Below are positions 1 through 10,464 of a stretch of DNA of 64,000 bases, piece by piece. This DNA comes from Auanema rhodensis (lineage: Eukaryota > Animalia > Nematoda): the NCBI GenBank assembly GCA_964057225.1, contig OZ059900.1:10106001-10170000 (forward strand). Direction: 5' to 3'. A program made the position numbers and the translations under genes. A model generated the notes under the pieces. That model was given only the letters and a program-made list of their open reading frames with translations. It searched no databases and was not told the origin of the DNA. Position 1 is the first letter of the stretch, and every line of letters starts with the position of its first letter.

Positions 1-1392
1 TCAGAAAATGTTATTTTCTGTGGGTCAGCGTAACCAGTATTAAGAATCGCTCACTTTCGGATTGCTTCATACAAGTTACGCTAACCCCCCGAAACATTTT
101 TTCCAGGAGTGATATAGGTTTCAGGAAAACTAGTCTTAAAAATAACTTTTTCTGTGGATCAGCGAAACATGCAACGTTATCAGTTTCAGACAGATTAAAT
201 TTGCAGGTTACGCTGGTCCACAAAAAAACTTTTTCTAGTGATATAAGTTTTCAGTAGCTTATTGTTTTAGGGTGTTGTAGGATATGCAGGCAATGCTTAC
301 TACAGTAGTCTCATCAAGTGTCAAGACCAGAGAATGAGTCTTTGTATAAGGGCAGTCGTTCACAACCGCTAGTGTACATCAGAAAATATTTGTTTCCTGG
401 GGATCAGTGCGAATAACTTCCAAGATCGTTAGTTCACAGATTTTGGAAGAGATTCACACTGACCCACAGAAAATGATTTTCTGAATCAGGGTATTGGTTT
501 GGAACGGTTAGTGTTCATCAGAAAATTTTATTTTCTGCGGATCAGAGCGAATAACTTCCAAGATCATTAGATTAAAGATTTTGGCAGAGATTCACGCTGA
601 TCCACAGAAAATGATTTTCTGAATCAGGGTATTGGTTTGGAACGGTTAGTATCCATCAGAAAATGTTATTTTCTGTGGGTCAGCGTAAACAGCATTAAGA
701 ATCGCTCACTTTCAGATTGCTAATGCGAGTTACGCTGGCCCCCAGAAAAAATTTTTCTAGTGATATAGGTTTTCAGTAACTTATTGTTTTAGGGTGTTGT
801 AGGATATGCAGGTAATGCTTACTACAATAGTCTTAGCAGGTGTCAAGACCTGAAAATGAGTCTCCGTATCAGGGCTGTCGCTCAAAACGGTTAGTATCAA
901 TCAGAAAAATTATATTTGATGTGGATCAGTGCGAACAACTTCCAAGACCGTAATATCAAAGATTTTGGAAGAGATTCACGCTGATCCACAGAAAATGATT
1001 TTCTGAATCAGGGTATTGGTTTGGAACGGTTAGTATCCATCAGAAAATGTTATTTTCTGTGGGTCAGCGTAACCAGCATTAAGAATCGCTCACTTTCAGA
1101 TTGCTAATGCGAGTTACGCTGGCCCCCAAAAACATTCCTTAAAGAAGTGATATAGGTTTCTGGAAACTGGTTGTTTCAGGGTGTTGTAGGATGTGCAAGC
1201 AGTGTTTAGTACAGTAGTCTCATCAGCTGTCAAGACCAGAGAATGATTCTTTGTATAAGGGCAGTCGTTCACAACAACTAGTGTCAATCAGAAAAATTTT
1301 ATTTGCTGCGGATCAGTACGAATAACTACCAAGTTCGTTGGTTCAAAAATTTTAAAAGAGATTCATACTGACCCACAGAAAATAATTTTCAG
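1..1392. repeat. Higher-order tandem array of palindromic (hairpin) units, period about 384-387 bp; runs off the left edge of the window
   Basis: Units starting TCAGAAAA at 1, 379, 518, 656, 901, 1040 and 1288, plus a variant near 140. Arms TTTTCTGTGGRTCAGYG ... CRCTGAYCCACAGAAAA are inverted complements. A third unit type (GTGATATAGG...GGGTGTTGTAGG...) recurs near 240, 760 and 1148. Confidence 0.93.
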
Positions 1393-1472
1393 TTTTCTTA
1401 GTTCGAGTTGTCTTAATATATTCAAGGGATCAGGTGTTATAATGTGTATTAGCTGGTAATAAGTTCAGTAGT

Positions 1473-1862
1473 TTAAGTTTTTTCAAGGAATTGCTGGAAA
1501 AGGCTATTTTTTCTCAAAAATTTCTTTTTTTTTCACGTGGATAAGCGTGAACATTGATAACAACTTAGAGAAAAAGTCATTCGTTGTCAAAAAGCCGAAA
1601 ATTAATATATCGTGTTCAGATTTGCAATTAGAATTAGACAGCTGTAAATGTTTTCAATTTTAGCCAATGTTTCGGTTTGTATGCCTTTTGACTGAATATC
1701 ATATTTCCGAAAAGGATTATTCTTAAATTGGTTGCTTACCATTATATAGAAGGTGATATTCAATATTATAATTAACAGGATAATTTGAATCAAGCGAACG
1801 ATAGCACGCATCCTGCGCAAAGGATTAAGATTAATTGCTTTCAGTTTAGTCGTTCGATCCAT
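1473..1862 (-). CDS. Small 2-TM family paralogue A (3 exons), downstream gene of the minus-strand pair
   Basis: TTTAG|AGA-ATG. Exon 1 MDRTTKLKAINLNPLRRMRAIVRLIQIILLIIILNITFYIM ends at a GTAAGC donor. Exon 2 (1641-1537) LSNSNCKSEHDILIFGFLTTNDFFSKLLSMFTLIH shares FLTT...KL with paralogue E2. Exon 3 QFLEKT*. The 3' exons are less certain. Confidence 0.62.
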
Positions 1863-2083
1863 TCTCTAAAGGTTTGCTTAATTGGTATAATGAGCAAATG
1901 TTAGGTATATGAATATAGCATAAACTATATGAGATACAGAGAGGTTTAGAGAGAAAGTAAGATTGAATGCTTTTATCAAGTCATATGAAAATCAAAAAGA
2001 GAATGAAAAACAAGATGTGAAATCATAAATGGTAAATGGTTTTCAAGACAAATACGAAAAGTCTTGTTGTTTCATATAAATGA

Positions 2084-2570
2084 TTATTCAGCTTCAGGGT
2101 TTGTTCTTCCTCTTGTTATGGTTGTTAGAACTCTGTCACAGTACTGTACGAAACAATTCCTAGGAGTTATTGTCAATAAAATTATTTTGTATTGTGCATG
2201 TTTACCAGTATCCATAGAATAATATGAATACAACAAGTGTTGTTGATGACATAACTGAGTATGCACCCAAGGTAGTAGCAATGGTTACACATTTCATTTC
2301 TTCATACTATAACTTGTTGGTTTTTATCAAGTATTATTTCAAATTTTTCAGGATTTTTTAAATTTTTTTTCAGATTTTAAATGAAAAGAACAGTATTTTA
2401 ATGCTTTTTTTGCTTGTTTTTCTATCAAAAATTCAACTTACAAAAGTCATAATCACCAAGAAACAAAAGGTTGTTAGTAGATAGAAGAACAGGATGTGTA
2501 GAATCCCTGTGATCATGTTTTGCAAATCCCTCGTTGTCCAAGATGTTGGACTGCTTTGAACTTCATCCAT
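2084..2570 (-). CDS. Small 2-TM family paralogue B (3 exons)
   Basis: TTTCAG|AAATC-ATG. Exons 2570-2442, 2306-2206 and 2159-2084 splice in frame: MDEVQSSPTSWTTRDLQNMITGILHILFFYLLTTFCFLVIMTF-YEEMKCVTIATTLGAYSVMSSTTLVVFILFYGYW-NCFVQYCDRVLTTITRGRTNPEAE. Colinear with E1 at 7214. Confidence 0.82.
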
Positions 2571-2698
2571 GATTTCTGAAAATTATCGAAATTTGTACAA
2601 GCTTATGAAAGTAATAAGAATGAGAATAACGCCCTTAAGAGCAAAATACAGGTAAATTCTAAAATTCTAGACGACCGCTGGTCACCAAAGCTGGCATA

Positions 2699-3485
2699 CG
2701 AATGATTGAGCTCTCAGTTAATCGGCTTTATATAGGCGGCTGCTAACGCACAAAATCAAACACCAAAATCTCTTATGTGCCTTTGAGCCTCATTATCCAA
2801 AATTATTTCATCATTTTCATACAGTCTCTAGCAGTTTGGGCGTGGCTTAAAACAGAAATTTTTGTTTTTTTGCCGAAGTAGAATTTTCAAGCCAAAAGGT
2901 CATGTTTTTTCATAATTCCTTTGAGATTATAAAAGTTTTCGCTTCAGGTAGAACCGGAACTATTGTATAGCGCAAGCTTTTTGAAAAGAAAATCATAATA
3001 ATCACGTTTTTACCTACTTTGATACTTCAAAAGAACGACTGAAAATTATAATGTTGTGGGAAGTAGGGATGCTCAGAAATGCTCATGGGTGTCATGAAGA
3101 GACAATTCGGTTAACTAGGTCATTCACCTCAAATTTCGATATTTTAAAGAAAATTTGAATTTTGAGTTCATCCTTATGCCTATAGTTTGACGTACTCGTA
3201 TCTCTCGAAAATTAAGAACTTTACCTCAGTCTCAGCAAGCAATAGAAAGGTTTACCTCTTATTCTTCTTTTTTTCGAATCAAAGTTTTGACCACATATAT
3301 ACTGAAGATAATATTTATAATTTTGTTTTTAAATCAAACTAATCCGTATAGTTCTACCTCCTTGAAATTATTTTATTTATATTTCAAAATCTCTTAATGA
3401 GTCTCCTTGATTCAAGGAATCACTCAATTTCTCACGAATGTTCAGAATTTCTAAATAAAATTCAAATTCTGAGCACATGCTAACG
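2699..3485 (-). promoter_or_regulatory. Duplicated promoter cassette, copy 1 (drives B-A leftwards)
   Basis: Reverse complement of 6281-7067. Contains TATATAA (near 2728-2734), GGGCGTGGC (2838-2846) and an Inr-like TCATTCG at the repeat end. Confidence 0.8.
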
Positions 3486-4004
3486 AATTGAAATAAACAA
3501 GTTGACCGAGATTTAAACATAGGATAAAAATTGATTCTGCACCAGCTATATGATTAACCATTTGTATGATTTTGAATAATAATACAATGATCTGAAAAGA
3601 AATCAAACACGAAATTATAAAATTAAAATATTATAAAACAATTGGAGAGAATAACACTTAACGCTTCATGAAAATAGTAATAAGTCATTGTTTTTTCAAA
3701 CTTGAAAATAAATAAAAGTTTATAGTTAATAGAAAAAAAAGAAAGAAATTAAAATATATCATATAATTAAACAAATACTTGAAATAATTGAAATACGTCT
3801 TCACACATAATGTATCGAGATAATAAATAATCAATCAGATAACTCACCTATACTTTCATTTTTACCATTTCATCCGAAAACAAAATGAAAGGAATAATTG
3901 GTTTTGATAATTTCAATTATTGAAACTAATTTTAACTTTATTTTTAAACTTTATTAACATATTAAGTGAAAATCTTTTGTTCAATATGGAACCAGCCACA
4001 GAGA

Positions 4005-4377
4005 TCAAACCACAGCAATATTCATTTCACGCAATTGATTGCCAATTATCCTTGAAATGAGACTAGATAAGAAAACTTTAAAAAGATGTTCGTAAATACC
4101 ATGCGTGAATAGTTTCTCTGTATGTTAAGTAAAGGAAAATTGACATGCATAGATATACAATGAAGATATTGAAAAAGATTTCCCAAGTCAAAGTTGCAAT
4201 CTACGGAATATTATGCAAAAAAAAATTAACTAAACTTGAACTTACGAAAGCATTTACAAAAGCAAGTACGAATGTAAGACCAGCAAATATTATCAGAATA
4301 CATAAAATGTATTCGTAGATAGGTGGATCAACATACACACGTTGAATACGATGACGTGTATCAATACAATAGTTCAT
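4005..4377 (-). CDS. Small 2-TM family paralogue C (3 exons)
   Basis: TTCAG|GAA-ATG. Exons 4377-4246, 4200-4100 and about 4050-4005: MNYCIDTRHRIQRVYVDPPIYEYILCILIIFAGLTFVLAFVNAF-IATLTWEIFFNIFIVYLCMSIFLYLTYRETIHAW-IIGNQLREMNIAVV. Shares A.VNA and TWEI...IF with paralogue F. Confidence 0.75.
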
Positions 4378-4976
4378 TTCCTGAATTCTTCAATTTAATG
4401 TATGAAAAATAGAAAAACACGACGTTAAGCACATCAACATAAAAAATTAGCTGATATCGGTGAGTAAATTAGTAAATAGTTTGATTTCTGGGAATTTTAA
4501 ACTTTGAATATAAGAGAAATATTGAAACTCTACATCAGAATAGAACATACATGTGTACCTGAAGACGTTAAATATATACACTGAAGCATAAGACGAGCTA
4601 GTGGAAAACGAAGGAAAATAATTAAATTATACCAATATAAAGTTTTTATATGTATTCAATACACACATGAACTCTAATTCAATATCAATGTTAACATTTT
4701 CCATAAATGTTATTAAATCACAAACAAATTATTTTTTTATTATTACAATTACATAAACTATGCTGAAGTAAGATTGAGTGTGACTGTAATGCACTGTATT
4801 CATATACGATAACATCAAGAAGTAATCTAAACATCGATTTTCAACAGAAATTCGAATTTCGAAGGAAATCCGGTAGATGCCCTGATGCTGTAACATTTTT
4901 AGATATTCGGGTTCATGAAGATAATTCAAAATCAAAAAAGAAAGAATTTTCGGTACGTGGAACTGTTCGTTGTAGA

Positions 4977-5475
4977 CATAAGGATGAACTTAAAATTTGA
5001 ATTTTCTTTAAAATATCGAAATTTGAGGTGAATGACCTAGTTAACCGAATTGTCTCTTCATGACACAAATGAGCATTTCTGAGCATCCCTACTTCCCACA
5101 ACATTATAATTTTCAGTCGTTCTTTTGAACTATCAAAGTAGGTAAAAACGTGATAATTATGATTTTCTTTTCAAAAAGCTTACGCTATACAATAGTTCCG
5201 GTTCTACCTGAAGCGAAAGCTTTTATAATCTCAAAGGAATTATGAGAAAACATGACCTTTTGGCTTGAAAATTCTTCTTCGTCAAAAAAACAAAAATTTC
5301 TGTTTTAAGCCACGCCCAAACTGCTAGAGACTGTATGAAAATGATAAAATAATTTTTGATAATGAGGCTCAAAGGCACATAAGAGATTTTGGTGTTTGAT
5401 TTTCCGAGCTGGCTACTGCCTATATAATGCCGATTAACTGAATCATTCGTATGCCAGATTTGGTAGCCAGCGGTC
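4977..5475 (+). promoter_or_regulatory. Duplicated promoter cassette, copy 2 (shorter; drives D)
   Basis: Direct repeat of about 6588-7067 and inverted repeat of about 2672-3178. GCCACGCCC near 5309, TATATAA at 5421-5427. Confidence 0.8.
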
Positions 5476-5591
5476 TCGTATTTGAATTTCTTATCAAATT
5501 TTTTTATTTTCTCGTTTTCTCGTTTTCTTCATTTTCTTTTATAATATATAAGTTATGCATCAATGAAACTTGCATAAATTAAAACACAGAA

Positions 5592-5915
5592 ATGGATCAC
5601 CGTCTTGCCGCTCAAATGGTTCTCATGCCTATACTCGGAGCTCGTTCAGTTGCTCGCATTGCACTGATTGCACTTCTTCTGATTTTCATGGGAATGACCT
5701 TGATTCTATTGGTAGGCAAGCAGAAAATTAGTCACATTTTTGAAAATTACTGCTACTACAGTTCAAGGATTTCTCTCGTCAAATGTTTGGCAGCATTGGA
5801 AGTGTTTACGGTTACATAACTGTAATCAGCATTATCTTCAAGGTGAACAAGTTGTTTAGCACTTGGTGAGGAGAAAAAAAGTTTTCAAATTTCTAAAAAA
5901 AGTTTCAGGCAATAA
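5592..5915 (+). CDS. Small 2-TM family paralogue D (3 exons)
   Basis: Exons 5592-5711, 5762-5865 and 5909-5915: MDHRLAAQMVLMPILGARSVARIALIALLLIFMGMTLILL-FKDFSRQMFGSIGSVYGYITVISIIFKVNKLFSTW-Q*. Close paralogue of E2 with the same 104-nt exon 2. Confidence 0.78.
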
Positions 5916-6280
5916 CGAACAATACCCAGACGTTCTTCTACAACATCTTTGAAGAATTTTTACTTGTTTGTTTCATGTTGAGAAATAAATAATCCATTGT
6001 TGAACTTGTTTTACTATGAAACATCGATAAAATGAAATATTACTTGAATTCATCTCATCAAACATTCATAATAATCAAATCAAACTTGAATCTCTCATGA
6101 ATATCCAAATCAAAAATAACATGAAACAGATGATACTGTACGCAATAGAATGTGCTCAGAGTTAGGACTTTCTTAAAAATATTGGATTTTGAGATAAATG
6201 ATCTGAGTCACCGAAGTGCTGCTCCATTGCACTCCTCAACAATTCTGAAGATATCACTTCTTCTTCTACAATAATGATTT

Positions 6281-7067
6281 TGTTAGCATGTGCTCTGAAC
6301 TTGAATTTTATTTAGAAATTGTGAACATTCGCAAGAAACTGAGTGATTCCTTAAATCAAGGAGACTCATGAAGAGATTTTGAAATATAAATAAAATAATT
6401 TCAAGGAGGTAGAACTATACGGATTAGTTTGATTTAAAAACAAAATTATAAATATTATCTTCAGTATATATGTGGTCAAAACTTTGATTCGAAAAAAAGA
6501 AGAATAAGAGGTAAACCTTTCTATTGCTTGCTGAGACTGAGGTAAAGTTCTTAATTTTCGAGAGATACGAGTACGTCAAACTATAGGCATAAGGATGAAC
6601 TCAAAATTCAAATTTTCTTTAAAATATCGAAATTTGAGGTGAATGACCTAGTTAACCGAATTGTCTCTTCATGACACCCATGAGCATTTCTGAGCATCCC
6701 TACTTCCCACAACATTATAATTTTCAGTCGTTCTTTTGAAGTATCAAAGTAGGTAAAAACGTGATTATTATGATTTTCTTTTCAAAAAGCTTACGCTATA
6801 CAATAGTTCCGGTTCTACCTAAAGCGAAAGCTTTTATAATCTCAAAGGAATTATGAGAAAACATGACCTTTTGGCTTGAAAATTCTACTTCGGCAAAAAA
6901 ACAAAAATTTCTGTTTTAAGCCACGCCCAAACTGCTAGAGACTGTATGAAAATGATGAAATAATTTTGGATAATGATGCTCAAAAGCACATAAGAGATTT
7001 TGGTGTTTGATTTTGTGCGTTAGCAGCCGCCTATATAAAGCCGATTAACTGAGAGCTCAATCATTCG
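6281..7067 (+). promoter_or_regulatory. Duplicated promoter cassette, copy 3 (drives E1-E2)
   Basis: Near-perfect inverted repeat of 2699-3485. GCCACGCCC at 6920-6928, TATATAAA at 7033-7040, TCATTCG at 7061-7067. Confidence 0.8.
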
Positions 7068-7213
7068 AGCGCTAGACTCCATAGCGGGCGGTTTGGTTGC
7101 AATTTCGACTCTCATTTCCTCTCCTTTATTTCATAAAAGCTTCATATAAATTCTGATTACTCTTATACTCTTAAACAAAGCCACAACAAGTTCTTTTTCA
7201 ATATTTAGAAAAT

Positions 7214-7623
7214 ATGGAACGTTTCCCGAACAATCCTCCTGTACTCGATGAAAGAGATTTGCGAAGCATGATCAAAGGCGTTCTACGCATCGTGATTTTT
7301 CTGCTGACACTAACTCTGGCGTTTCTAGTCACAATGATGATTGTAAGTTATTTAGTTTATCTCAAAAATATAAAAAAAACATGCTGTTCTAGCGTGAAGA
7401 GTTGAATTGTCAAATGATTGCTTACGCATTTTTCGTTCACTCATCTGTTTCGGCTGCTGGAATTATCCTTTTCTTGTCTTTTTATGGATATTGGTAATAG
7501 TAAATTTTAAAAAAATGACAAAAAAATCTGTGTTATAGGAAAGACTTTAAAATTTTTTGCAAAAAGATTGTCACAGCCATAAAATTAGTAAGATCAGCTG
7601 AACCGACTCCAGAAACAGTGTAA
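7214..7623 (+). CDS. Small 2-TM family paralogue E1 (3 exons, 104 aa)
   Basis: TTTAG|AAAAT-ATG. Exons 7214-7342, 7393-7493 and 7539-7623: MERFPNNPPVLDERDLRSMIKGVLRIVIFLLTLTLAFLVTMMI-REELNCQMIAYAFFVHSSVSAAGIILFLSFYGYW-KDFKIFCKKIVTAIKLVRSAEPTPETV. Confidence 0.83.
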
Positions 7624-7760
7624 TCGACTACTTTACTGATACAACGCAAAATCTCTCATAATTTCATGATATTCACCATTTTCATTTCAATATTCATATA
7701 ATTTGTCTTGATAAAAGTATTTAATCTCCATTTCTCTCACTCTTTTCCTGCTGTGCGCTT

Positions 7761-7788
7761 TATAGTGTATGCTATACCTACATATCTT
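7761..7788 (+). promoter_or_regulatory. Ur-element-like intercistronic signal (short stem-loop plus TAYYTT)
   Basis: TATAGT-GTAT-GCTATA hairpin followed by TATCTT, about 45 nt upstream of the acceptor AG at 7830-7831. Related hairpins at 1914-1929 (minus), 9099-9114 and about 10397-10422. Confidence 0.55.
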
Positions 7789-7836
7789 TCACAAACTCAT
7801 TTGCTCATTGTGGACCTAACCAATATTTTAGAAAAA

Positions 7837-8162
7837 ATGGATCATAGAATTGGCGCTCATGTAAATGTGAATCCTCTTCTGAGAATTCGAGCAACGCTTC
7901 GTTTCATTCTCATCATTTTCATGCTCATATTCTTGGGAATCTCTTTGACTTTTCTGGTGAGTGAACAGTCATCACTAATCTCCCTAGGAATCATGATCTA
8001 CAGTTTAACAATGTTTCTCGCCAATCGTTTGCCAATATAGGAGTTGTTTACTGCTTCTTAACTACCATGGCTGTTATTCTCAAGCTCAGCATTTTATTCG
8101 GCTTTTGGTCAGTTGTAAATTACATATTTCTCGACTTAAGGAAAAGTTTTAGGGAGCAATAA
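7837..8162 (+). CDS. Small 2-TM family paralogue E2 (3 exons), downstream gene of the E1-E2 pair
   Basis: TTTTAG|AAAAA-ATG. MDHRIGAHVNVNPLLRIRATLRFILIIFMLIFLGISLTFL-(8004-8107)FNNVSRQSFANIGVVYCFLTTMAVILKLSILFGFW-EQ*. Confidence 0.78.
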
Positions 8163-8597
8163 TGAGCATACAAATAATGGACCTAATTTGCCATCTTCAA
8201 TTCTTCGATGAACATTTATTCCGCCGTCTTCGGTTTTCACCCAAACTTTTCAGACTTGATTACATTCATTAATATATATAAAATGTGCTTGCAAAGAAAT
8301 AAATATTTCATTCTTTCTTTATTTTTACTGTAAGATGTCAAATTAACCAAATTATAACTTAAATACTGCTTCGAAAACGTTTCAATCATAACTTATGAAA
8401 TGCTTAATTGACTTGTGACGAAATTAAAGTTAGAAAAGGCGGGACATCCACGAACGGAAGCTTTAGGAGATGAGATATGTTAGTTATATCCAATCGTCTC
8501 ATCCGGACAGCGCTACTACTGCTGTGCTACATCAAAACTACTACAACGACTACTTCAACAAGTCCCTTTTAACTTTTGAAAATAAAATAAAAAACTT

Positions 8598-9021
8598 ATG
8601 GATTTTGTCTGGCCATCATCTATAATGCCTAAGCTTACTGTCAATCGTGTATTTGGTGCCCTTCTTCTCATCTTTTTATTTATCATCTGTATCGCTCTTG
8701 TGAACGCAATCGTAAGTTTACATCTTTCACAATTATACAGCCAAAGTCAACTACTACAGTCAAAAGATATGACTTGGGAGATTATTGTTTACATCTTCTT
8801 CATCTTCTTCTGTCTCTCGCCACTGGCAATCTTGGCAATTATTTCTATGAGCGAGTATTGGTATAATTGAGCTAAAACATGACAAATAGATGTTTTGAAT
8901 ACAAACGTTTAGGAAAAGCATGAGCGACACCATCAAGACAATGATGGGAGTTGCTTCTGAAACTGCTGAGGTTACAACTCCCACCATGGATCCGATTGAA
9001 AATTGTGTTCCAACTCACTAA
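8598..9021 (+). CDS. Small 2-TM family paralogue F (3 exons)
   Basis: Exons 8598-8711, 8760-8860 and 8913-9021: MDFVWPSSIMPKLTVNRVFGALLLIFLFIICIALVNAI-SKDMTWEIIVYIFFIFFCLSPLAILAIISMSEYW-KSMSDTIKTMMGVASETAEVTTPTMDPIENCVPTH. Confidence 0.8.
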
Positions 9022-9163
9022 ACACACGATATTTTGCTAATGTTCGTGATGCAACCTGTTAATAAGAAATTTGTAAAGTGTATTGTTTGACTCAAATTTA
9101 TAGTTAACGCTATGCCATATTGTGAAATGTTCATGATTTTCATTCTAACATATATCTAGAAAA

Positions 9164-9496
9164 ATGCCAAGTCTCGCTAATCTACTAAGAGAAGAAAACC
9201 GACGTATTCGTCGCAACATGCGCATATGCTTGGGCGCTGCTCAAATCTTCCTAATGGTCATGCTGTTCATTTTGGTTCTGAACATGGTGGTAAATTTAAA
9301 ATCCTATAAGATGTTCAAATTGCGTATGTTTCTCAGCTCAGAGAGCTGTCTTATGAAATTTTGGAATACAGCTGCATCATCTACACCATTGTTGCACTCA
9401 TTTCGGTTATGAGCCTCGACGAGATTAATGAGTTGAAGTGAGCTTACAACTTAATTCAGAAACTAAAAAGACATTTTCAGGGAACGTATCGCTTAA
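9164..9496 (+). CDS. Small 2-TM family paralogue G (3 exons), downstream gene of the F-G pair
   Basis: CTAG|AAA-ATG. MPSLANLLREENRRIRRNMRICLGAAQIFLMVMLFILVLNMV-(9337-9437)LRELSYEILEYSCIIYTIVALISVMSLDEINELK-ERIA*. AATAAA near 9612. Confidence 0.78.
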
Positions 9497-10464
9497 TAGA
9501 ATTGAGACAAGCAGAACAGTATCCGAACAACTTCATATAATCATCACAATCCACATATAATCAATTATATAATCTCTCGTATTCATTATGATCGTATTAC
9601 TGTAGTTTCTCAATAAACTTTATCTAGTTGCCTATTTCTTCATTTGCGTCTTTTAGCAAAATTTTCTGCCTCATTAGTGTAACATCCAAAAGGTTTTCGA
9701 GTAAAATATAAAATATATAACATAATTAATATCATTACGACAATACTTGGACGTCTTCGTGACGCTATAAAAATAATATAAATGCCAGATAGCTACAGTA
9801 CTACCTTCTAATCAGAGTAATTAGACGACATAAACTTTTGCGAGAGAAATTTTACGTCAAAAATAAATGTTATATATCATTAGCAGAATGTCATATACCT
9901 ATTAGTTAATATAAGGCTGCAAATATAAGGCAGAAAGTTTTCTGCAACGACTGAGAGAACGACGTCTTCTACACCACTCTGCTTGGAGTAATACTCTATT
10001 CTTCTTCAACTAATCTATTATAGCCAATTCTTTCCATTTGGTTTCTTCTACCCGTTTATACATACACATGCCTCTATTTCTTTTAAGATCATTCTTATTT
10101 CTTTTTCTATCTCCTCGATACTTTTCTAACCTTCTATACTTTTTATCCCGTAGACAACCATCCGGTTGAAAATAGCTATGTATACATATATACATAGCCA
10201 GTTTGAGCTTAAAAGCAGAAAAACTCTCTCAAGTAGCTACAATCTTTCTTTCCTATTTTGCATATATTCACTTCATCGGTAAATTTCAGCTCCACCATGA
10301 GTTTGATCATTTTTTTTTGGGGGCGTGGCACTTTACCCTCCTCTGATAAAAAACTTGTCCATTTCTCAAGCTAATATTCTTGACAGATATCGGAGAATAG
10401 TGCTTGCTCTACTTCATATCTTTCACTACCACTATTCCTTGTTTTATTACCAAAGTTTTAGAGA

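Noticed and set aside
1-1392. CRISPR-like repeat-spacer array
   Set aside because: Eukaryotic context, no cas genes, and the intervening sequences are themselves repeated rather than unique spacers.
2699-7067. Long inverted repeats as TIRs of a Pack-MULE or foldback transposon carrying genes C and D
   Set aside because: No TSD at the outer ends, a third internal copy exists, and the outer boundaries coincide with transcription starts rather than transposon termini.
7708-8040. 110-aa ORF as listed in the track
   Set aside because: It starts in intercistronic DNA and reads through an intron; the supported start is ATG 7837 after the splice acceptor.
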